NCBI GenBank assembly: GCA_964016885.1
Contig: OZ024745.1
Location: 91,636,001-91,700,000 of the forward strand
Direction of reading: 5' to 3'
Origin: Eledone cirrhosa
Lineage: Eukaryota
DNA: 64,000 nucleotides
The notes beneath the pieces were generated by a model. That model saw only the letters and a list, made by a program, of their open reading frames with translations. It was not told where the DNA came from and made no database searches. Shown piece by piece: positions 43,901 through 57,240 of this stretch (positions within the stretch are counted from its first letter, which is position 1; the number at the start of each line of letters is the position of its first letter). The position numbers and the translations under genes were made by a program.

Positions 43901-46900
43901 CAGTAAGTTATATTACTCTGCCTGAGTATCAAACAGCTCCACTACATACAGTAAGTTATATTACTCTGCCTGAGTATCAAACAGCTCCACTAGATACAGT
44001 AAGTTATATTACTCTGTCTGAGTATCAAACACCTCCACTAGATACAGTAAGTTATATTACTCTGTCTGAGTATCAAACAGCTCCACTAGATACAGTAAGT
44101 TATATTACTCTGTCTGAGTATCAAACAGCTCCACTAGATACAGTAAGTTATATTACTCTGCCTGAGTATCAAACAGCTCCACTAGATACAGTAAGTTATA
44201 TTACTCTGTCTGAGTATCAAACAGCTCCACTAGATACAGTAAGTTATATTACTCTGTCTGAGTATCAAATAGCTCCACTAGATACAGTAAGTTATATTAC
44301 TCTGCCTGAGTATCAAACAGCTCCACTACATACAGTAAGTTATATTACTCTGCCTGAGTATCAAACAGCTCCACTAGATACAGTAAGTTATGTTACTCTT
44401 CCTGAGTATCAAACAGCTCCACTAGATACAGTAAGTTATATTACTCTGCCTGAGTATCAAACAGCTCCACTAGATACAGTAAGTTATGTTACTCTGTCTG
44501 AGTATCAAACAGCTCCACTAGATACAGTAAGTTATATTACTCTGTCTGAGTATCAAACACCTCCACTAGATACAGTAAGTTATATTACTCTGTCTGAGTA
44601 TCAAACAGCTCCACTAGATACAGTAAGTTATATTACTCTGTCTGAGTATCAAACAGCTCCACTAGATACAGTAAGTTATATTACTCTATCTGAGTATCAA
44701 ACAGCTCCACTAGATACAGTAAGTTATATTACTCTGTCTGAGTATCAAACAGCTCCACTAGATACAGTAAGTTATATTACTCTGCCTGAGTATCAAACAG
44801 CTCCACTAGATACAGTAAGTTATATTACTCTGTCTGAGTATCAAACAGCTCCCCTAGATACAGTAAGTTATATTACTCTGTCTGAGTATCAAACATCTCC
44901 CCTAGATACAGTAAGTTATATTACTCTGCCTGAGTATCAAACAGCTCCACTAGATACAGTAAGTTATATTACTCTGTCTGAGTATCAAACAGCTCCACTA
45001 CATACAGTAAGTTATATTACTCTGTCTGAGTATCAAACACCTCCACTAGATACAGTAAGTTATATTACTCTGTCTGAGTATCAAACACCTCCACTAGATA
45101 CAGTAAGTTATATTACTCTGTCTGAGTATCAAACAGCTCCACTAGATACAGTAAGTTATATTACTCTGTCTGATTATCAAACAGCTCCACTAGATGCAGT
45201 AAGTTATATTACTCCGCCTGAGTATCAAACAGCTCCACTACATACAGTAAGTTATATTACTCTGTCTGAGTATCAAACAGCTCCACTAGATACAGTAAGT
45301 TATATTACTCTGCCTGAGTATCAAACAGCTCCACTAGATACAGTAAGTTATATTACGCTGTCTGAGTATCAAACAGCTCCCCTAGATACAGTAAGTTATA
45401 TTACTCTGCCTGAGTATCAAATAGCTCCACTAGATACAGTAAGTTATATTACACTGCCTGAGTATGAAACAGCTCCACTAGGTACAGTAAGTTATATTAC
45501 TCTGCCTGAGTATCAAACAGTTCCACTAGATGCAGTAAGTTATATTACTCTGCCTGAGTATCAAACAACTCCACTAGATACAGTAAGTTATATTACTCTG
45601 CCTGCGTATCAAACAGCTCCACTAGATACAGTAAGTTATATTACTCTGCCTGAGTATCAAACAGCTCCACTAGATACAGTAAGTTATATTACTCTGTCTG
45701 AGTATCAAACAGCTCCACTAGATACAGTAAGTTATATTACTCTGTCTGAGTATCAAATAGCTCCCCTAGATACAGTAAGTTATATTACTCTGTCTGAGTA
45801 TCAAACATCTCCACTAGATACAGTAAGTTATATTACTCTGTCTGAGTATCAAACAGCTCCCCTAGATACAGTAAGTTATATTACTCTGTCTGAGTATCAA
45901 ACATCTCCCCTAGATACAGTAAGTTATATTACTCTGCCTGAGTATCAAACAGCTCCACTAGATACAGTAAGTTATATTACTCTGTCTGAGTATCAAACAG
46001 CTCCACTACATACAGTAAGTTATATTACTCTGTCTGAGTATCAAACACCTCCACTAGATACAGTAAGTTATATTACCCTGTCTGAGTATCAAACAGCTCC
46101 ACTAGATACAGTAAGTTATATTACTCTGTCTGAGTATCAAACAGCTCCACTAGATACAGTAAGTTATATTACTCTGTCTGAGTATCAAACAGCTCCACTA
46201 GATACAGTAAGTTATATTACTCTGTCTGAGTATCAAACAGCTCCACTAGATACAGTAAGTTATATTACTCTGTCTGAGTATCAAACAGCTCCACTAGATA
46301 CAGTAAGTTATATTACTCTGTCTGAGTATCAAACAGCTCCACTAGATACAGTAAGTTATATTACTCTGTCTGAGTATCAAACACCTCCACTAGATACAGT
46401 AAGTTATATTACTCTGTCTGAGTATCAAACAGCTCCACTAGATACAGTAAGTTATATTACTCTGCCTGAGTATCAAACAGCTCCACTAGATGCAGTAAGT
46501 TATATTACTCTGTCTGATTATCAAACAGCTCCACTACATACAGTAAGTTATATTACTCTGCCTGAGTATCAAACAGCTCCACTACATACAGTAAGTTATA
46601 TTACTCTGCCTGAGTATCAAACAGCTCCACTACATACAGTAAGTTATATTACTCCGCCTGAGTATCAAACAGCTCCACTACATACAGTAAGTTATATTAC
46701 TCTGCCTGAGTATCAAACAGCTCCACTAGATACAGTAAGTTATATTACTCTGCCTGAGTATCAAACAGCTCCACTAGATACAGTAAGTTATATTACGCTG
46801 TCTGAGTATCAAACAGCTCCCCTAGATACAGTAAGTTATATTAGTCTGCCTGAGTATCAAATAGCTCCACTAGATACAGTAAGTTATATTACACTGCCTG

Positions 46901-49900
46901 AGTATGAAACAGCTCCACTAGGTACAGTAAGTTATATTACTCTGCCTGAGTATCAAACAGTTCCACTAGATGCAGTAAGTTATATTACTCTGCCTGAGTA
47001 TCAAACAACTCCACTAGATACAGTAAGTTATATTACTCTGCCTGCGTATCAAACAGCTCCACTAGATACAGTAAGTTATATTACTCTGCCTGAGTATCAA
47101 ACAGCTCCACTAGATACAGTAAGTTATATTACTCTGTCTGAGTATCAAACAGCTCCACTAGATACAGTAAGTTATATTACTCTGTCTGAGTATCAAATAG
47201 CTCCACTAGATACAGTAAGTTATATTACTCTGCCTGAGTATCAAACAGCTCCACTACATACAGTAAGTTATATTACTCTGCCTGAGTATCAAACAGCTCC
47301 ACTAGATACAGTAAGTTATATTACTCTGCCTGAGTATCAAACAGCTCCACTAGATACAGTAAGTTATATTACTCTGCCTGAGTATCAAACAGCTCCACTA
47401 GATACAGTAAGTTATATTACTCTGTCTGAGTATCAAACAGCTCCACTAGATACAGTAAGTTATATTACTCTGCCTGAGTATCAAACAGCTCCACTACATA
47501 CAGTAAGTTATATTACTCTGCCTGAGTATCAAACAGCTCCACTACATACAGTAAGTTATATTACTCCGCCTGAGTATCAAACAGCTCCACTAGATACAGT
47601 AAGTTATATTACTCTGTCTGAGTATCAAACAGCTCCACTAGATACAGTAAGTTATATTACTCTGTCTGAGTATCAAACAGCTCCACTAGATACAGTAAAT
47701 TATATTACTCTGTCTGAGTATCAAACACCTCCACTAGATACAGTAAGTTATATTACTCTGTCTGAGTATCAAACAGCTCCACTAGATACAGTAAGTTATA
47801 TTACTCTCCCTGAGTATCAAACAGCTCCACTAGATGCAGTAAGTTATATTACTCTGTCTGATTATCAAACAGCTCCACTACATACAGTAAGTTATATTAC
47901 TCTGCCTGAGTATCAAACAGCTCCACTACATACAGTAAGTTATATTACTCTGCCTGAGTATCAAACAGCTCCACTAGATACAGTAAGTTATATTACTCTG
48001 TCTGAGTATCAAACACCTCCACTAGATACAGTAAGTTATATTACTCTGTCTGAGTATCAAACAGCTCCACTAGATACAGTAAGTTATATTACTCTGTCTG
48101 AGTATCAAACAGCTCCACTAGATACAGTAAGTTATATTACTCTGTCTGAGTATCAAACAGCTCCACTAGATACAGTAAGTTATATTACTCTGTCTGAGTA
48201 TCAAACACCTCCACTAGATACAGTAAGTTATATTACTCTGTCTGAGTATCAAACAGCTCCACTAGATACAGTAAGTTATATTACTCTGTCTGAGTATCAA
48301 ACAGCTCCACTAGATACAGTAAGTTATATTACTCTGTCTGAGTATCAAACAGCTCCACTAGATACAGTAAGTTATATTACTCTGTCTGAGTATCAAACAG
48401 CTCCACTAGATACAGTAAGTTATATTACTCTGCCTGAGTATCAAACAGCTCCACTAGATACAGTAAGTTATATTACTCTGCCTGAGTATCAAACAGCTCC
48501 ACTAGATACAGTAAGTTATATTACTCTGCCTGAGTATCAAACAGCTCCACTAGATACAGTAAGTTATATTACTCTGCCTGAGTATCAAATAGCTTCACTA
48601 GATACAGTAAGTTATATTACACTGCCTGAGTATCAAACAGCTCCACTAGGTACAGTAAGTTATATTACTCTGCCTGAGTATCAAACAGTTCCACTAGATG
48701 CAGTAAGTTATATTACTCTGCCTGAGTATCAAACAACTCCACTAGATACAGTAAGTTATATTACTCTGTCTGAGTATCAAACAGCTCCACTAGATACAGT
48801 AAGTTATATTACTCTGCCTGAGTATCAAACAGCTCCACTAGATACAGTAAGTTATATTACTCTGTCTGAGTATCAAACATCTCCCCTAGATACAGTAAGT
48901 TATATTACTCTGCCTGAGTATCAGACAGCTCCACTAGATACAGTAAGTTATATTACTCTGTCTGAGTATCAAACAGCTGCACTAGATACAGTAAGTTATA
49001 TTACTCTGAGTATCAAACACCTCCACTAGATACAGTAAGTTATATTACTCTGTCTGAGTATCAAACAGCTCCACTAGATACAGTAAGTTATATTACTCTG
49101 TCTGAGTATCAAACAGCTCCACTAGATACAGTAAGTTATATTACTCTGAGTATCAAACAGCTCCACTAGATACAGTAAGTTATATTACTCTGTCTGAGTA
49201 TCAAACACCTCCACTAGATACAGTAAGTTATATTACTCTGTCTGAGTATCAAACAGCTCCACTAGATACAGTAAGTTATATTACTCTGTCTGAGTATCAA
49301 ACAGCTCCACTAGATACAGTAAGTTATATTACTCTGTCTGAGTATCAAACAGCTCCACTAGATACAGTAAGTTATATTACTCTGTCTGAGTATCAAACAG
49401 CTCCACTAGATACAGTAAGTTATATTACTCTGCCTGAGTATCAAACAGCTCCACTAGATACAGTAAGTTATATTACTCTGTCTGAGTATCAAACAGCTCC
49501 CCTAGATACAGTAAGTTATATTACTCTGTCTGAGTATCAAACATCTCCCCTAGATACAGTAAGTTATATTACTCTGCCTGAATATCAAACAGCTCCACTA
49601 GATACAGTAAGTTATATTACTCTGTCTGAGTATCAAACAGCTCCACTACATACAGTAAGTTATATTACTCTGTCTGAGTATCAAACACCTCCACTAGATA
49701 CAGTAAGTTATATTACCCTGTCTGAGTATCAAACAGCTCCACTAGATACAGTAAGTTATATTACTCTGCCTGAGTATCAAACAGCTCCACTAGATACAGT
49801 AAGTTATATTACTCTGTCTGAGTATCAAACAGCTCCACTAGATACAGTAAGTTATATTACTCTGTCTGAGTATCAAACAGCTCCACTAGATACAGTAAGT

Positions 49901-52833
49901 TATATTACTCTGTCTGAGTATCAAACAGCTCCACTAGATACAGTAAGTTATATTACTCTGTCTGAGTATCAAACACCTCCACTAGATACAGTAAGTTATA
50001 TTACTCTGTCTGAGTATCAAACAGCTCCACTAGATACAGTAAGTTATATTACTCTGTCTGATTATCAAACAGCTCCACTAGATGCAGTAAGTTATATTAC
50101 TCTGTCTGATTATCAAACAGCTCCACTACATACAGTAAGTTATATTACTCTGCCTGAGTATCAAACAGCTCCACTACATACAGTAAGTTATATTACTCTG
50201 CCTGAGTATCAAACAGCTCCACTAGATACAGTAAGTTATATTACTTTGTCTGAGTATCAAACACCTCCACTAGATACAGTAAGTTATATTACTCTGTCTG
50301 AGTATCAAACAGCTCCACTAGATACAGTAAGTTATATTACTCTGTCTGAGTATCAAACAGCTCCACTAGATACAGTAAGTTATATTACTCTGTCTGAGTA
50401 TCAAACAGCTCCACTAGATACAGTAAGTTATATTACTCTGTCTGAGTATCAAACAGCTCCACTATATAAAGTAAGTTATATTACTCTGTCTGAGTATCAA
50501 ACAGCTCCACTAGATACAGTAAGTTATATTACTCTGTCTGAGTATCAAACAGCTCCACTAGATACAGTAAGTTATATTACTCTGTCTGAGTATCAAACAC
50601 CTCCACTAGATACAGTAAGTTATATGACTCTGTCTGAGTATCAAACAGCTCCACTAGATACAGTAAGTTATATTACTCTGCCTGAGTATCAAACAGCTCC
50701 ACTAGATGCAGTAAGTTATATTACTCTGTCTGATTATCAAACAGCTCCACTACATACAGTAAGTTATATTACTCTGCCTGAGTATCAAACAGCTCCACTA
50801 GATACATACAGTAAGTTATATTACTCTGCCTGAGTATCAAACAGCTCCACTACATACAGTAAGTTATATTACTCCGCCTGAGTATCAAACAGCTCCACTA
50901 CATACAGTAAGTTATATTACTCCGCCTGAGTATCAAACAGCTCCACTACATACAGTAAGTTATATTACTCTGTCTGAGTATCAAACAGCTCCACTAGATA
51001 CAGTAAGTTATATTACTCTGCCTGAGTATCAAACAGCTTCACTAGATACAGTAAGTTATATTACTCTGCCTGAGTATCAAACAGCTCCACTAGATACAGT
51101 AAGTTATATTACTCTGCCTGAGTATCAAACAGCTCCACTAGATACAGTAAGTTATATTACTCTGCCTGAGTATCAAATAGCTTCACTAGATACAGTAAGT
51201 TATATTACACTGCCTGAGTATCAAACAGCTCCACTAGGTACAGTAAGTTATATTACTCTGCCTGAGTATCAAACAGTTCCACTAGATGCAGTAAGTTATA
51301 TTACTCTGCCTGAGTATCAAACAACTCCACTAGATACAGTAAGTTATATTACTCTGTCTGAGTATCAAACAGCTCCACTAGATACAGTAAGTTATATTAC
51401 TCTGCCTGAGTATCAAACAGCTCCACTAGATACAGTAAGTTATATTACTCTGTCTGAGTATCAAACATCTCCCCTAGATACAGTAAGTTATATTACTCTG
51501 CCTGAGTATCAGACAGCTCCACTAGATACAGTAAGTTATATTACTCTGTCTGAGTATCAAACAGCTGCACTAAATACAGTAAGTTATATTACTCTGAGTA
51601 TCAAACACCTCCACTAGATACAGTAAGTTATATTACTCTGTCTGAGTATCAAACAGCTCCACTAGATACAGTAAGTTATATTACTCTGTCTGAGTATCAA
51701 ACAGCTCCACTAGATACAGTAAGTTATATTACTCTGAGTATCAAACAGCTCCACTAGATACAGTAAGTTATATTACTCTGTCTGAGTATCAAACACCTCC
51801 ACTAGATACAGTAAGTTATATTACTCTGTCTGAGTATCAAACAGCTCCACTAGATACAGTAAGTTATATTACTCTGTCTGAGTATCAAACAGCTCCACTA
51901 GATACAGTAAGTTATATTACTCTGTCTGAGTATCAAACAGCTCCACTAGATACAGTAAGTTATATTACTCTGTCTGAGTATCAAACAGCTCCACTAGATA
52001 CAGTAAGTTATATTACTCTGCCTGAGTATCAAACAGCTCCACTAGATACAGTAAGTTATATTACTCTGTCTGAGTATCAAACAGCTCCCCTAGATACAGT
52101 AAGTTATATTACTCTGTCTGAGTATCAAACATCTCCCCTAGATACAGTAAGTTATATTACTCTGCCTGAATATCAAACAGCTCCACTAGATACAGTAAGT
52201 TATATTACTCTGTCTGAGTATCAAACAGCTCCACTACATACAGTAAGTTATATTACTCTGTCTGAGTATCAAACACCTCCACTAGATACAGTAAGTTATA
52301 TTACCCTGTCTGAGTATCAAACAGCTCCACTAGATACAGTAAGTTATATTACTCTGCCTGAGTATCAAACAGCTCCACTAGATACAGTAAGTTATATTAC
52401 TCTGTCTGAGTATCAAACAGCTCCACTAGATACAGTAAGTTATATTACTCTGTCTGAGTATCAAACAGCTCCACTAGATACAGTAAGTTATATTACTCTG
52501 TCTGAGTATCAAACAGCTCCACTAGATACAGTAAGTTATATTACTCTGTCTGAGTATCAAACACCTCCACTAGATACAGTAAGTTATATTACTCTGTCTG
52601 AGTATCAAACAGCTCCACTAGATACAGTAAGTTATATTACTCTGTCTGATTATCAAACAGCTCCACTAGATGCAGTAAGTTATATTACTCTGTCTGATTA
52701 TCAAACAGCTCCACTACATACAGTAAGTTATATTACTCTGCCTGAGTATCAAACAGCTCCACTACATACAGTAAGTTATATTACTCTGCCTGAGTATCAA
52801 ACAGCTCCACTAGATACAGTAAGTTATATTACT

Positions 52834-55800
52834 TTGTCTGAGTATCAAACACCTCCACTAGATACAGTAAGTTATATTACTCTGTCTGAGTATCAAACAG
52901 CTCCACTAGATACAGTAAGTTATATTACTCTGTCTGAGTATCAAACAGCTCCACTAGATACAGTAAGTTATATTACTCTGTCTGAGTATCAAACAGCTCC
53001 ACTAGATACAGTAAGTTATATTACTCTGTCTGAGTATCAAACAGCTCCACTATATAAAGTAAGTTATATTACTCTGTCTGAGTATCAAACAGCTCCACTA
53101 GATACAGTAAGTTATATTACTCTGTCTGAGTATCAAACAGCTCCACTAGATACAGTAAGTTATATTACTCTGTCTGAGTATCAAACACCTCCACTAGATA
53201 CAGTAAGTTATATTACTCTGTCTGAGTATCAAACAGCTCCACTAGATACAGTAAGTTATATTACTCTGCCTGAGTATCAAACAGCTCCACTAGATGCAGT
53301 AAGTTATATTACTCTGTCTGATTATCAAACAGCTCCACTACATACAGTAAGTTATATTACTCTGCCTGAGTATCAAACAGCTCCACTAGATACATACAGT
53401 AAGTTATATTACTCTGCCTGAGTATCAAACAGCTCCACTACATACAGTAAGTTATATTACTCCGCCTGAGTATCAAACAGCTCCACTACATACAGTAAGT
53501 TATATTACTCCGCCTGAGTATCAAACAGCTCCACTACATACAGTAAGTTATATTACTCTGTCTGAGTATCAAACAGCTCCACTAGATACAGTAAGTTATA
53601 TTACTCTGCCTGAGTATCAAACAGCTCCACTAGATACAGTAAGTTATATTACTCTGCCTGAGTATCAAACAGCTCCACTAGATACAGTAAGTTATATTAC
53701 GCTGTCTGAGTATCAAACAGCTCCCCTAGATACAGTAAGTTATATTACTCTGCCTGAGTATCAAATAGCTCCACTAGATACAGTAAGTTATATTACACTG
53801 CCTGAGTATGAAACAGCTCCACTAGGTACAGTAAGTTATATTACTCTGCCTGAGTATCAAACAGTTCCACTAGATGCAGTAAGTTATATTACTCTGCCTG
53901 AGTATCAAACAACTCCACTAGATACAGTAAGTTATATTACTCTGCCTGCGTATCAAACAGCTCCACTAGATACAGTAAGTTATATTACTCTGCCTGAGTA
54001 TCAAACAGCTCCACTAGATACAGTAAGTTATATTACTCTGTCTGAGTATCAAACAGCTCCACTAGATACAGTAAGTTATATTACTCTGTCTGAGTATCAA
54101 ATAGCTCCACTAGATACAGTAAGTTATATTACTCTGCCTGAGTATCAAACAGCTCCACTACATACAGTAAGTTATATTACTCTGCCTGAGTATCAAACAG
54201 CTCCACTAGATACAGTAAGTTATGTTACTCTTCCTGAGTATCAAACAGCTCCACTAGATACAGTAAGTTATATTACTCTGCCTGAGTATCAAACAGCTCC
54301 ACTAGATACAGTAAGTTATGTTACTCTGTCTGAGTATCAAACAGCTCCACTAGATACAGTAAGTTATATTACTCTGTCTGAGTATCAAACACCTCCACTA
54401 GATACAGTAAGTTATATTACTCTGTCTGAGTATCAAACAGCTCCACTAGATACAGTAAGTTATATTACTCTGTCTGAGTATCAAACAGCTCCACTAGATA
54501 CAGTAAGTTATATTACTCTATCTGAGTATCAAACAGCTCCACTAGATACAGTAAGTTATATTACTCTGTCTGAGTATCAAACAGCTCCACTAGATACAGT
54601 AAGTTATATTACTCTGCCTGAGTATCAAACAGCTCCACTAGATACAGTAAGTTATATTACTCTGTCTGAGTATCAAACAGCTCCCCTAGATACAGTAAGT
54701 TATATTACTCTGTCTGAGTATCAAACATCTCCCCTAGATACAGTAAGTTATATTACTCTGCCTGAGTATCAAACAGCTCCACTAGATACAGTAAGTTATA
54801 TTACTCTGTCTGAGTATCAAACAGCTCCACTACATACAGTAAGTTATATTACTCTGTCTGAGTATCAAACACCTCCACTAGATACAGTAAGTTATATTAC
54901 TCTGTCTGAGTATCAAACACCTCCACTAGATACAGTAAGTTATATTACTCTGTCTGAGTATCAAACAGCTCCACTAGATACAGTAAGTTATATTACTCTG
55001 TCTGATTATCAAACAGCTCCACTAGATACAGTAAGTTATATTACTCTGTCTGAGTATCAAACACCTCCACTAGATACAGTAAGTTATATTACTCTGCCTG
55101 AGTATCAAACAGCTCCACTACATACAGTAAGTTATATTACTCTGCCTGAGTATCAAACAGCTCCACTAGATACAGTAAGTTATATTACTTTGTCTGAGTA
55201 TCAAACACCTCCACTAGATACAGTAAGTTATATTACTCTGTCTGAGTATCAAACAGCTCCACTAGATACAGTAAGTTATATTACTCTGTCTGAGTATCAA
55301 ACAGCTCCACTAGATACAGTAAGTTATATTACTCTGTCTGAGTATCAAACAGCTCCACTAGATACAGTAAGTTATATTACTCTGTCTGAGTATCAAACAG
55401 CTCCACTATATAAAGTAAGTTATATTACTCTGTCTGAGTATCAAACAGCTCCACTAGATACAGTAAGTTATATTACTCTGTCTGAGTATCAAACAGCTCC
55501 ACTAGATACAGTAAGTTATATTACTCTGTCTGAGTATCAAACACCTCCACTAGATACAGTAAGTTATATTACTCTGTCTGAGTATCAAACAGCTCCACTA
55601 GATACAGTAAGTTATATTACTCTGCCTGAGTATCAAACAGCTCCACTAGATGCAGTAAGTTATATTACTCTGTCTGATTATCAAACAGCTCCACTACATA
55701 CAGTAAGTTATATTACTCTGCCTGAGTATCAAACAGCTCCACTAGATACATACAGTAAGTTATATTACTCTGCCTGAGTATCAAACAGCTCCACTACATA

Positions 55801-57240
55801 CAGTAAGTTATATTACTCCGCCTGAGTATCAAACAGCTCCACTACATACAGTAAGTTATATTACTCCGCCTGAGTATCAAACAGCTCCACTACATACAGT
55901 AAGTTATATTACTCTGTCTGAGTATCAAACAGCTCCACTAGATACAGTAAGTTATATTACTCTGCCTGAGTATCAAACAGCTCCACTAGATACAGTAAGT
56001 TATATTACTCTGCCTGAGTATCAAACAGCTCCACTAGATACAGTAAGTTATATTACGCTGTCTGAGTATCAAACAGCTCCCCTAGATACAGTAAGTTATA
56101 TTACTCTGCCTGAGTATCAAATAGCTCCACTAGATACAGTAAGTTATATTACACTGCCTGAGTATGAAACAGCTCCACTAGGTACAGTAAGTTATATTAC
56201 TCTGCCTGAGTATCAAACAGTTCCACTAGATGCAGTAAGTTATATTACTCTGCCTGAGTATCAAACAACTCCACTAGATACAGTAAGTTATATTACTCTG
56301 CCTGCGTATCAAACAGCTCCACTAGATACAGTAAGTTATATTACTCTGCCTGAGTATCAAACAGCTCCACTAGATACAGTAAGTTATATTACTCTGTCTG
56401 AGTATCAAACAGCTCCACTAGATACAGTAAGTTATATTACTCTGTCTGAGTATCAAATAGCTCCACTAGATACAGTAAGTTATATTACTCTGCCTGAGTA
56501 TCAAACAGCTCCACTACATACAGTAAGTTATATTACTCTGCCTGAGTATCAAACAGCTCCACTAGATACAGTAAGTTATGTTACTCTTCCTGAGTATCAA
56601 ACAGCTCCACTAGATACAGTAAGTTATATTACTCTGCCTGAGTATCAAACAGCTCCACTAGATACAGTAAGTTATGTTACTCTGTCTGAGTATCAAACAG
56701 CTCCACTAGATACAGTAAGTTATATTACTCTGTCTGAGTATCAAACACCTCCACTAGATACAGTAAGTTATATTACTCTGTCTGAGTATCAAACAGCTCC
56801 ACTAGATACAGTAAGTTATATTACTCTGTCTGAGTATCAAACAGCTCCACTAGATACAGTAAGTTATATTACTCTATCTGAGTATCAAACAGCTCCACTA
56901 GATACAGTAAGTTATATTACTCTGTCTGAGTATCAAACAGCTCCACTAGATACAGTAAGTTATATTACTCTGCCTGAGTATCAAACAGCTCCACTAGATA
57001 CAGTAAGTTATATTACTCTGTCTGAGTATCAAACAGCTCCCCTAGATACAGTAAGTTATATTACTCTGTCTGAGTATCAAACATCTCCCCTAGATACAGT
57101 AAGTTATATTACTCTGCCTGAGTATCAAACAGCTCCACTAGATACAGTAAGTTATATTACTCTGTCTGAGTATCAAACAGCTCCACTACATACAGTAAGT
57201 TATATTACTCTGTCTGAGTATCAAACACCTCCACTAGATA
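52834..57240. repeat. 49-monomer (2356 bp = 49 x 48 + 4) higher-order unit, nearly two tandem copies
   Basis: Cassette starts 52834 and 55190 are 2356 apart, with the same downstream marker order (53765/56121; CTCTATCT 54520/56876). The same 2356 spacing occurs at 12942/15298 and 31182/33538. Confidence 0.8.

Noticed and set aside
50624-50626. In-frame ATG
   Set aside because: It is a singleton ATT>ATG variant followed by a frameshift stop at 50833, consistent with mutation or sequencing error.
6451-55754. +4 and -4 indels compensating to preserve frame or phase
   Set aside because: Shifted frames hit a stop within about one monomer and the indels are kilobases apart. The near-zero net sum follows from the copy numbers of two amplified events.
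12942-55777. Eleven near-identical 195-aa ORFs as a multicopy gene family
   Set aside because: Each begins at a CTG>TTG variant and ends at the +4 frameshift of the same cassette. The surrounding repeat is equally stop-free and only lacks a start codon, and there is no RBS, UTR or unique sequence.
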